Origin: Octopus sinensis
Lineage: Eukaryota
Length of the DNA stretch: 15,854 nucleotides
Reading direction: 5' to 3'
NCBI RefSeq assembly: GCF_006345805.1
Contig: NW_021825324.1
Span: 1-15,854, forward strand
Numbering within the stretch: the stretch's first letter is position 1; each line of letters starts with the position of its first letter. Positions 1 to 10,418 of this stretch are shown one piece after another. The notes under the pieces were generated by a model. The model saw only the letters and a list, made by a program, of their open reading frames with translations. It searched no databases and was not told where the DNA came from. The translations under genes were made by a program, and so were the position numbers.

Positions 1-62
1 AACTAATTCTTCTGTATTTTCTTTTACCCAAAGCCGGGAACTTTTCAGCCACCCCTCGGGTA
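1..62. mobile_element. Terminus (TIR) of a Tc1/mariner-type DNA element, truncated by the window edge
   Basis: Reverse complement reads TA-CCCGAGGGGTGGCTGAAAAGTTCCCGGCTTT, resembling mariner-type TIRs (TACGAGGG...AAAAGT) and ending at a TA (61-62) next to a (TG)n tract. The partner TIR is outside the window; family recognition is from memory. Confidence 0.5.
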
Positions 63-115
<53 letters not shown>

Positions 116-118
116 GTA
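63..118. repeat. (TG)n microsatellite
   Basis: Directly visible dinucleotide run. Confidence 0.95.
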
Positions 119-219
119 TTAAACGTTTAGACTAATGCGTTTACACACTCCATTTAAACATTAACATCAATTAGTTTATACACACATATATATATTGTAT
201 ATATGCCTACATAATAGAC

Positions 220-260
<41 letters not shown>

Positions 261-400
261 CATATATATACATATATATATATAAATTTAAAAAAATTAT
301 CTAAGTTTACCGATAATGGTTCTTTTAACATACGAACTATTCGTTAAATTATTAATTATTAATTATTAATCAATTTTATCCTTTATTATTATTGATATAC

Positions 401-402
<2 letters not shown>

Positions 403-471
<69 letters not shown>

Positions 472-566
472 GTGGGTGTGTGTGTGGTGTGTGTGTGTGC
501 GTGCGTGTGTGTGTGTGTGTGCGTGCGTGCGTATGTATGTATGTATGTATGTATGTATGTGCGTAT
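403..566. repeat. Compound microsatellite (TA)n-(TG)n-(TGCG)n-(TATG)n
   Basis: Directly visible; explains ORFs 366..602 and 392..589. Confidence 0.95.
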
Positions 567-666
567 ACAGAGTAGAAAGGGTATGTTAGTAGATGAGGAC
601 AATTAATTATCAGGATATTACTCTGTTCAAACCTATTGAAAGGTTATAATATCTGTCAAATCCCCC

Positions 667-1900
667 ATGACAGATAATAATGCTAACACAACGAATTAAA
701 TGACGTGCAGCCATTGTTGCTCTATGTACAATATACAGCAGCTATTTAGAAATTGCCAACTTGCTAAATGCTGCAAGATCGGTGGTATATGAAGCTGCTG
801 GTAGGAATATTTCAAAGAGTAAAAAAAGGCATTTTAAGCGTTCGGATGCCAAAAGGGCACTGCAATTCATTCAAGAGGTTCAAAACAGTATCGATCCCAG
901 AAAAATCAATGAGGATCATCGCCAAAGACCTTCATGTGTCGGAGTGGACCCTCGGGATTATGGTGCATGGGGACATTCAATACTGGGTGTATGTAAGGAG
1001 GAGAAAGGTAGGAGAGTCCAGTTTGCTGGACATTGTTGTAGAGCTGAAAACGAGGTAATTTCTACTCTTCTCCTCTGGAAGCCATCTACTCGCAATACCA
1101 GAGGGTGCACACTCTCCTACCCTGATGTAATCTCCAGGGATACAGGCATTCAGCAACAGGACCTCCGTAATGCTATGATGGACCGTGAAGTCTGGCGTAG
1201 CATGGTAAATTCCATTGTCTCGACCGCGGTCGAACAATGATGATGAAGGAGGAGATGCCAGTTCATGTCTTCAACAGCATAGGGAAACCGTTAGTTCCGT
1301 TCCAAACAGTTACTTAACAAGGTTTAAAAAACCGTCTCGAGCATGGTCAAGCTTTGGTTGTTCTCTGATGACAAAATCTTCGCGCAAGACCAAAAGTTTA
1401 ACCGGAGAAATGGCAGATGGCTATGTGCTGATCCCTCTGATGTGATGCAAACTAAATCTCCTTAAACTGTGATGGTTTTAGGTGTGGTGAATAATGAAGG
1501 TCAAGGTCATGTCACATAACCTCACATATTTTCACTCGGTTTTAGAATCAATGCTGTTGGATACGTTGAGGTGCTGGAAAGAGTTGTTAAACTCTGGATG
1601 GATGAAGTACGCGGTGGAAGGCCACACATGATTCAACAAAACTTAGCACCTTCTCATGAAGCCGACGTAACTCAAGAATGGATGTCAGACAATCTTTACG
1701 TTACATAACACCAAACTTCCTGACCTGCAATCTCGCCAGATTTGAATCATATCGACTGCTACGTTTGGAGCATTTATGGAAGTGCGACAAGTCAATATCC
1801 TAATAAGACCCAGAGCTTCACTGAAGAGCGCCGCTGGTTATTTAGTGCCGGCCTATCAACGGTTCTGGCTTCGCAGTGAAACAGTCATCAATGGTGAAGG
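667..1900 (+). mobile_element. Decayed DD37D (maT-type) Tc1/mariner transposase relic, interrupted by an RTE insertion
   Basis: Hand translation across stops and frameshifts: N-terminal MLTQRIK*RAAIVAL...EIANLLNAARSVVY (from 680); HTH-like PEKSMRIIAKDLHVSEWTLGIMVHGDIQY (ORF 768); WLFSDDKIFAQDQ (FSD at 1361-1369); TVMVLGVVNNEG; QQN...SPDLNHIDCYVW, consistent with 37-residue spacing after frameshift correction; C-terminal AYQRFWLRSETVINGEG. TIRs not identified. Confidence 0.85.
1005..1245 (+). mobile_element. 5'-truncated RTE-clade LINE 3' end with (TGA)n tail and 10-bp TSD
   Basis: Encodes ...FAGHCCRAENEVISTLLLWKP...DLRNAMMDREVWRSMVNSIVSTAVEQ* (RTE ORF C-terminus pattern), followed by TGATGATG. 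Flanked by AAGGAGGAGA at 995-1004 and 1246-1255; removing the insert restores the transposase frame YVRRRCQFM. Confidence 0.85.
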
Positions 1901-1903
1901 TAC

Positions 1904-2150
1904 GACATCTCGTCCGACTGTTGGAACGTCGGATGAGGTGTCATGCCGTATCTCTTCTATCTTCTACCAATCCGTGTTCAAATCCTGCGTGGCCTTCTTA
2001 GGTGGTGGTTTGAGTCCGTCGAACAGTTTCACACCACCACCTGTGACCCCGGATGTCTTTAGTGGGGTCCACTCTATTGCAAGCATTCTGGTCTCGTCTC
2101 TATTTTGAGGATACCTTCTTCCCGCTGAGTCTCTGTAAAGAGTCATGGAT
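1904..2150 (-). mobile_element. Degenerate LINE (RTE-like) 3' fragment
   Basis: Minus-strand translation RMLAIEWTPL...DLNTDW*KIEEIRHD resembles the W-x-P...W...DR C-terminal pattern of RTE ORFs; ends in a stem-loop (1904-1942). No TSD found. Confidence 0.45.
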
Positions 2151-2220
2151 ACTGCCTTCCATCCGGACTAAAAGATTTAAAACAAAAAGTCCGGCTAACA
2201 TTTTAAATGGGAGTAAATAT

Positions 2221-2620
2221 TCTCTTTTATCTTTTACTCGTTTCAGTCATTGGACTGCGACCATGTTGGAGCGCCCCCTTCAAGAGTTTAGTCGAACAAA
2301 TCGACCCCAGTATACAATTTGAAAGTCTTGTACTTATTGTATCAGCCTCTTTTGCCGAACCACTAAGTTATGGGAATGGAAACAAATTAACACCAGTTGT
2401 CGAATGGTGTCAAACACACATACACACGCACACACACACACACACGCGCGCGCGCGCAGCACTGGCTTTTCATTCAATTTCCGTCTAACAAATTCTCTCA
2501 CAAAGGCGTTGGTCGCCCCGGGTTGCTAAAATAGAAAACATTCGCCCAAGATGCCGCACAGTGGGACCGAACACGAAGCCATGGGATTTGCAAAGTGAGT
2601 TTCTTAAGCACGCAACCATA
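2221..2620 (-). mobile_element. tRNA-derived SINE (family A) with internal (TG)n and AAAAGAT tail
   Basis: Minus strand: tRNA-like head (TGGTTGCGTGCTTAAG...GTTCGGTCCCACTG), body, internal (CG)n(TG)n, domain GATACAATAAGTAC...TGGGGTCGATTTGTTCGACT, tail GCTCCAACATGGTCGCAGTCCAATGACTGAAACGAGTAAAAGATAAAAG. The same tail recurs at 8788-8838. Resembles octopus SINEs as recalled. Confidence 0.8.
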
Positions 2621-2666
2621 TTTTCCATTTACTGGTTATTTTCTAATATTTACTTTTATATTTAAG

Positions 2667-2853
2667 CCGGCGGGCTGGCAGAATTGTTGAGACGCTGGGC
2701 GAAATGCTTAGCGACATTTCGCCCATCTTCATATTCAGAATTTAAATTCCGCCGGGGCCGACTCTACCTTTAATCCATTCGGGGTTATTTAAATAGTACC
2801 AGCTGAACACTAGAGTCCCTAAAATTGCCGGCCTTGTGCCAAAATTCGAATCC
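2667..2853 (+). mobile_element. tRNA-derived SINE (family B), diverged copy
   Basis: GGCGGGCTGGCAGAATTG head and 3' end GGCCTTGTGCCAAAATTCGAA; alignable to the copy at 10419-10630. Confidence 0.85.
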
Positions 2854-2989
2854 AGTATATATTTTATATTTATTTTATAAGACACATGCTAGTGCATGCA
2901 TATACAGCTGCGTGCGTGCGCACATACGCGCGAGTACTGTCCAAATCTCCGACCAATCACATACAGCTAGCTGGCGTTCAATTGGTGTA

Positions 2990-3210
2990 TCAAGTTTCAG
3001 GCATTTTGATTGGGTTTTGGATAGAAAATTCACAAAAAAGTCACTTCTATTAATTTTTTAATGACTTTGCGTGGTGACTGGGGAAATGTAAAGATGTGCA
3101 CGACCACCCTTGGGCGGTTTTGAATGGTCATAGAAAGTGCGAGCCCTCTAACTGTGGATTTGTATAAAGGACACACACACAGACATTTTGCCGTTTATTT
3201 TATAAGACAT
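2990..3210. mobile_element. Possible non-autonomous DNA element (DINE-1/HINE-like end)
   Basis: End motif GGACACACACACAGACATTTTGCCGTTTATTTTATAAGA resembles ends of Helentron-associated elements from memory only; the left boundary is uncertain. Confidence 0.3.
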
Positions 3211-3478
3211 TTCTTCAGACCTGTCTGTTCCAATCCATTCAATGGTGCTATCTTCACTGTGAATCGCCCAGTTCTTATTAAAGCGAAAGCTGACATGTTT
3301 AATGTAACAGAAATAGAAACTTTGATTAATTAAAAGTTACATCTGCAGTGAACAGGAAACAATAATGATTAATTATCGTCATTAAAGGAAGGTGGGCAGA
3401 TAACTCTAGCATTAAAATTTATTAAATATAGAATAAAGCGATGAGTCCGATCTATAGTAGCACGGTAACAACTCTGAC

Positions 3479-3880
3479 TGTGTTGCTAGGGGGCTATAGT
3501 ATTTGTTGCTAGGGACTGCAGTGTCTGTTGCTAGGGACAGTAGTTTCTGTTGCTAGGGGCTGTAGTATCTGTGATTAAGAAAGTAGTCTGGCTGTGGCGA
3601 TTTGTTTCTGGAAATTTCAGAGTCTGTTGTTGTTATTAGGAGCTGTTGTGTCTGTTGCTAGGGGTAGTAGTTTCTGTTGCTAGGGGCTGTAGTATCTGTT
3701 GCTATAGTATTTGTTCTTAGGGGCTCTAGTTTATGTTGTAAGGGGTGTATTATCCATTGGTAGAGGTTTCAATATCTGTTGCTAGTATCTGTTGATAAGG
3801 GTTGCACATTCTGTTGTTAGGAGCTGTGGTATCTGTTGCTAGGGTTGTAGAATCTTCTGCCAGAGGCTGTGGAGTCTGCA
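3479..3880. repeat. 22-bp minisatellite, consensus TGTTGCTAGGGGCTGTAGTATC, about 17-18 degenerate copies
   Basis: Repeated TGTTGCTAGGG core at about 22-bp spacing, with shortened units (13-15 bp). Confidence 0.9.
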
Positions 3881-4447
3881 TATATAAAAAAAGTAAACCA
3901 ACAGCACAGAGACAACAGCTGTTCATCAGTGTCTTTAACTGAACGTGAAGATGCTGATTATAAATACATCATTAGCCTGGTAACTCGGATTTATTGATTT
4001 GCATGCATAACGCATTTTTGGGAGCGAGGTCGATGAAAAAATTAAATTATTTGTTTTAGCCTCACACTCGAGAAACCAGTGATTTATTTAAATAGCCTCA
4101 GCCCGAAGACAAAACCTTGGAAATTCTTGAAACGTCGATGGACTTTGGAAAAGCTTTTGTTTGCAAATATAAAGAACGACAGTAATTATCTCATTAATAG
4201 CATATTAAAAAAATATCCTTAAAATGGGGGGCGTGATTCTTGTCTTTAATAATACACGCATCCATACACACACATATATACACACATACACACTCATACA
4301 CACATATACATACATATGCACATACGTACATACATACATACATAAATATTCAGATACAGCCTTTTACATCCACACAAATTTTGTCCCTGATATACGCATT
4401 CTGATTCAGATTTAACCACAGCGATCGCCATCAAGACGATGATTATG

Positions 4448-4524
4448 ACCACCACCACCACCACCACCACCACCACCACCACCACCATCATCACCACTAC
4501 CGCCGCCGCCACCGCCACCACCGT

Positions 4525-4558
<34 letters not shown>

Positions 4559-4608
4559 ACCACCACCACCACCACCACCCACCGCCGCCGCCGCCGCCAC
4601 CACCGCCT
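4448..4608. repeat. Alternating (ACC)n/(GCC)n trinucleotide tract
   Basis: Directly visible; source of the poly-T/A, poly-V/A and poly-G ORFs. Confidence 0.95.
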
Positions 4609-4793
4609 TCGCTTTGTCTTCCTGTTCCAACTCCTTCAAATTATCTCCCCTTACCACTCCGCACACTCTTATCAGTTGTCCCCCCCCCGCCACCGCCACC
4701 AGCACCTTGTTATTTTTCTTTTTCCTTTTTTTACTATATATTATTAATTCCTCGATAACAAATTACTTTCCCTTATTCATTCACCCTCCTCCA

Positions 4794-5125
4794 CCTTCGT
4801 CCACCTCTACTCTCCCTCGTCTGGCCCTACTCTCCTCCATCTAGGCTTCCCCGCCTCCTTCCACCTCTAATCTCCCTCGTCTAGCCCTGCTCTCCTCCAT
4901 CTAGGCTTCCCCGCCTTCTTTCACCTCTACTCTCCCTCGTCTAACCCTACTCTCCTTTATCCAGCCTTCCCCACTTTCGTCCAGCTCTACTCTCCCTCGT
5001 CTGGCCCTACTCTCCTTCATCCAGCCTTCCCCACTTTCGTCCAGCTCTACTCTCCCTCGTCTAGCCCTACTCTCCTTCATCCAGGCTTCCCCATCTTCGT
5101 CCGGCTTTACTCTCCTTCATCCAGC
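4794..5125. repeat. 60-bp pyrimidine-rich minisatellite, about 5.5 copies
   Basis: Units start at 4801, 4861, 4921, 4981, 5041 and 5101 (CCACCTCTACTCTCCCTCGTCTGGCCCTACTCTCCTCCATCTAGGCTTCCCCGCCTCCTT). All six frames hit a stop within the first two units. Confidence 0.95.
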
Positions 5126-5436
5126 ATGATTCTCTTTCACTCAGCCTCACACTTCCTTGTCCAGCTTCACCTTCTTTCACGCATCTGCATTCTCCTCCAT
5201 CCATCCTTCGTTTCCCTCATCTGACTTCTCTTCACTCTTTCAGCCCCACTCCTCCTTACTCTCCCTCTCTCGTCCAGTTTTCGTGCTCTATTTCTCCGCC
5301 ATTGTCAATACACTCCTAACATTGCAACAATCTACTTCCCCCAGAACATTCTTCGCTAGAAAGGCTGCTGTCACAACATCACACACCACCAACGACACAA
5401 CACCATACACAACTTAGCACACCCTAACGATAGTAG

Positions 5437-5958
5437 AAAACATTACAGACGACTAACAACACCGTACATACAACATCATACAAAAACTAACAATAACCAC
5501 CTAACAACACCACCGCAAGATCGCGCACAGCAACGACCGCACAATATCACACACAAAGATCAACAGAGCGTCGATTAACTCACTCACAACAACATCGCAC
5601 GCACAACTCAACACTTCTCACAACCAACAACACAACACCACAGATCTCATATAACCATCTACACATCGCTACATGTTACACATGACCATCTAACAACAGC
5701 CACCTCACAATACTTTACACAACCATCAACGTAAACCCACACTCAATTAACAACAACCACTTCGCAATATCACAGACAACTAACAACATAGCACTCAAAA
5801 CATTACAGACAACTAACAACACCGTACATACAACATCATACAAAAGCTAACAATAACTGCCTAACAACACCACGGATCGCCTTCACCGCAAGATCGCGCA
5901 CAGCAACGACCCCACAATATCACACGCAAAGATCAACCCAGCGTCGATTAAGTCACTC
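5437..5958. repeat. Direct duplication of about 150 bp with a 360-bp period (5437-5586 / 5797-5958)
   Basis: AAAACATTACAGAC...GCGTCGATTAA.TCACTC occurs twice; the second copy has an extra 13 bp (GGATCGCCTTCAC). Confidence 0.9.
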
Positions 5959-6160
5959 CCAAATGCGCTGCACTTCCATAAATGCCCCAGTCCCATCGGC
6001 ACAAGACATTCCCACAAGCACACTGCATTTCCCGCTACACACACACACACACACTCACACACATACACACGCACGCACGCATGTACACACACACGCATTT
6101 GGTTCCAAGTGAAGTACCATTACGTGTGACCGCCATTACATTCTTAGCAAGATTATAGCT

Positions 6161-6179
6161 GCTACTACTACTACTACTG

Positions 6180-6267
<88 letters not shown>

Positions 6268-6275
6268 CACCACTA

Positions 6276-6307
<32 letters not shown>

Positions 6308-6310
6308 CAT
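6161..6310. repeat. (CTA)n/(CCA)n trinucleotide tract
   Basis: Directly visible. Confidence 0.95.
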
Positions 6311-6479
6311 CACAACAACAATTAGTCCATCGTGTTATATTACAGAAACAACTACTGCACCCACATACCACAGATCCTTACGCCTCCTCCCATTCCTCAT
6401 ACGACATTATCATCTCATCTCACATTCCAGGCATCATTTCTTCTACGGTAGACAGTCCAACCCACGTGGAAGCGTCGTC

Positions 6480-7098
6480 CCACAGATTCACCACCCCACA
6501 AAAGACATTCCACAGACACAACATCCAACAGGAACTCATAATCCTAGATGTACTTCATCACACACTCTACACTCCCACAAAACAGTGCACACCCACAAAA
6601 ACGCCACTCCTCCCCAAATACACTATTCTATCACAAACACTCCACATTCTCACAAGCACGCTACTCTCCCACAAATACACTACACTATTATAGCATAAAA
6701 GACATTCCCACAAATACACTATTCTCCCACAAACACTGTCCACTGCACATAAACACACCATATTCCCACAAATACACAACTCTCCCACAGGCATGCCACT
6801 CTCCCATAAGCACATCGCATTCCCACAACTACACTGCCATCCCACAAATACACCACACTCCCGCGAGCAAGCAAATTCCCACAAACACGCCACTCTCACA
6901 CAAGTACACTACACCTCCATAGACAAAAAAATCATTCCCACGAATGCGCTATTCTCCCACAAACACTCCCTGCTCCCCACAAGCATACCACATTTCCTCA
7001 AATACACAACTCACCACAACTATGCCGCCCTCCCACAAACACACCGCACTCCCATAATTACACATTCCCACAAATACACCACATACTGCACTTCCCAT
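6480..7098. repeat. Degenerate ~20-bp minisatellite (core TCCCACAAAYACAC)
   Basis: Recurrent TTCCCACAAATACAC / CTCCCACAAACAC motifs at about 20-bp spacing. Confidence 0.8.
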
Positions 7099-7496
7099 CA
7101 CACACACACAAACACACACACACAAACACACACACAAACACACACGCACACACACTCACACACACACACGCACACACACAATCACACTCACTCACACACA
7201 CACACACACACTCACACACAAACACACACGCACACACACTCACACACACACACGCACACACACAATCACACTCACTCACACACACACACACACACACTCA
7301 CACACACACACGCACACACACTCACACACACACACGCACACACGCACACACACTCACACACACACAGACACACACACACTCACACACACACACGCACACA
7401 TACACACACTCACACACACACAGACACACACACACTCACACACACACACTCACACACACACACACACACGCACACTCACACACACACACACACACA

Positions 7497-7539
<43 letters not shown>

Positions 7540-7627
7540 ACACACACACAGACACACACACACACACAGACACACACACACACACACTCACACACACACA
7601 CTCACACACACACACTCACACACACAC
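7099..7627. repeat. Long interrupted (CA)n tract (~530 bp) with CACT/CACG/CAAA variants
   Basis: Directly visible; includes a duplicated sub-block (...CACAAACACACACGCACACACACTCACACACACACGCACACACACAATCACACTCACTC...). Confidence 0.95.
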
Positions 7628-7725
7628 CTTTGATTCCAAACCTAGTACATTGAGTGTTTGGTACCGTCTTCGACCAAATACCATTACATTGCAACCGCCA
7701 ATACATTCTCAGCAAGACTGTATCT

Positions 7726-8330
7726 ACTACTACCAATACTACCACCATCATTATACCATTACCACAACTACTACACAAACTCTACAACTTCTCCATTACC
7801 CAGTGCCAGTACCACAACCACCACCACTATCACCTGTACTATATCAGCACCACCGGGCCACCACCACACTACACTCACAACAACCATCACCTCCACAACT
7901 ATCACCGTTACTTCCACCGACATAACTATCATCTATCATAACCACCACACTAATACTATCTCCAACACCACAATCATCACTTCTACTACCACAGGACTAC
8001 AACTACCAAGACCGCATCACCGTTACCAACACAACCACCACCACTACCACCACTACCACAACCACCGCCACCACCACCACCACTACCACCACTACCACGA
8101 CCACCACAACCAACACTACTACCACCACCACTACCACAACCAACACCACCACCGCCACCACCATCACTACCACCACTACTACCACTACCACAACAACCAC
8201 CGCCACACGTACTACCACCACCACTACCACCAATACCGCCACCACCACAAGCACCCCACCACCACCACCACCACCACCACCACCCATACCACCAGCACCA
8301 CCGCCAATACCAGCATCGTTGTAGATTGTC
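7726..8330. repeat. Degenerate (ACC/ACT/AAC)n low-complexity tract
   Basis: Directly visible; purest at about 8035-8290. Confidence 0.9.
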
Positions 8331-8580
8331 GATATAGCGGTGCCATTGTTTAAACTCACCCCCTCCACAAACTCTCCACATGTAACGGCAGCTGCTGAAC
8401 CCCCCCCCCCCTCTGACCACCACCTCACCCCCCTGCTACTGGCTCACTTTTATTGTTACTTTGACATTGCGACACACGGACACATCACGGACACACAGAC
8501 ACACAGGCGTAGAGACACACACACACACAGAGCCACACCCACCAAAATAGTCAAATATAAACAGAGAAGGAGAAGGAAAT

Positions 8581-8614
<34 letters not shown>

Positions 8615-8737
8615 GGGGAGTAAACAACAGTTGAGTGAGGTGTTGAAGGAAGGGGAGGGTGAAAGATGAGAGAATAAGTTGCTGGAGAGAGAGAGAGAGA
8701 GAGAAATAGACTGGAGAGATAGGCACGGCATCCATCC

Positions 8738-8783
<46 letters not shown>

Positions 8784-8787
8784 CAGA

Positions 8788-8835
8788 CAGTGCTCCAGCA
8801 TGACCTCAGTCTAATGACAGAAACAAAAGATAAAA

Positions 8836-8838
<3 letters not shown>
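8788..8838 (+). mobile_element. 3' tail fragment of SINE family A
   Basis: GTGCTCCAGCATGACCTCAGTCTAATGACAGAAACAAAAGATAAAAGATA aligns to the reverse complement of about 2223-2280. Confidence 0.8.
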
Positions 8839-9935
<1,097 letters not shown>

Positions 9936-10418
9936 GACAGATACGTCTCTCATAGAGACAGATAAACAAGCAGAAAGATAGATGTGCAGAGAGGTAGAGA
10001 CACTTGCCAAGGCAGCCAGTATATTTGTCATGACAAAATTATTTGGGGCCGAATAACTGTATATCTTCAGTTTCTTTGTTTGCCTCTGTCTGAGCCTGTT
10101 TGTCTGCCCCCACCCCAACCCGCGCACTCTATGCGCCTGCACGTGTATGAATGTATGTGTGTGTGCATTGCAGATTTATTTATTTATTTAATGATTTGAG
10201 TACTGGTTACTCTAACTCCGAGTCTCGCGAGAGTGCTGGTCACGTAACAGTGAAGCCATTAGCGATACTCGGACATTCGGAGTAGCTATCCTAAGAGACT
10301 TCAGCACCAAATTAAATAACTATACTCTAAACCTGTAATTGGGTACTTTTTTTCCTTTTATTTGTAAATCGCAAAACACACACACACACTAAATCTTTAA
10401 TATTTGTCTCTAATAACG

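Noticed and set aside
761-1240. 159-aa ORF as a gene
   Set aside because: Chimera of maT sequence (partly off-frame) and an inserted RTE 3' end, shown by the TSD.
1876-1945. Possible hammerhead (GAAAC at 1878, CGGATGAG at 1930)
   Set aside because: The core is CGGAUGA, no GAAA follows a stem II, and stems I and III cannot be formed in register.
2540-2720. SINE heads as tRNA genes (also 10419-10505)
   Set aside because: A/B boxes are present, but no complete cloverleaf was found and they continue into SINE bodies.
3895-3930. Minus-strand CTGATGA followed by an ACAGC/GCTGT stem
   Set aside because: The GAAA half of the core and the NUH triplet are absent.
3997-4004. Octamer motif ATTTGCAT
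   Set aside because: A single 8-mer is expected by chance in AT-rich 16 kb; no supporting promoter or snRNA context.
4097-4142. CCGAAGA...GAAACGTC hammerhead-like relic
   Set aside because: U4C in the core, no stem II in register, weak stem I. At most a heavily decayed Penelope-type remnant; not counted.
4294-4747. Poly-Thr/Ala, poly-Val, poly-Gly and poly-His/Arg/Pro ORFs
   Set aside because: All are translations of (ACC)n/(GCC)n; the poly-Pro frame is preceded by a stop at 4446, and there is no recognisable domain.
3479-5125. 22-bp and 60-bp repeats as a CRISPR array or coding repeat
   Set aside because: Head-to-tail units without unique spacers, eukaryotic context, no cas genes, and stops in all frames of the 60-mer.
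6793-7653. 286-aa His/Thr ORF
   Set aside because: Stop-free reading of (CA)n and an A/C-only minisatellite.
7658-8428. His-rich, Thr-rich (mucin-like) and Gly-rich ORFs, tempting as cephalopod structural proteins
   Set aside because: Several overlapping frames on both strands are open because the (ACC/ACT)n tract lacks stops; there is no signal peptide or ordered motif such as GHGxxG.
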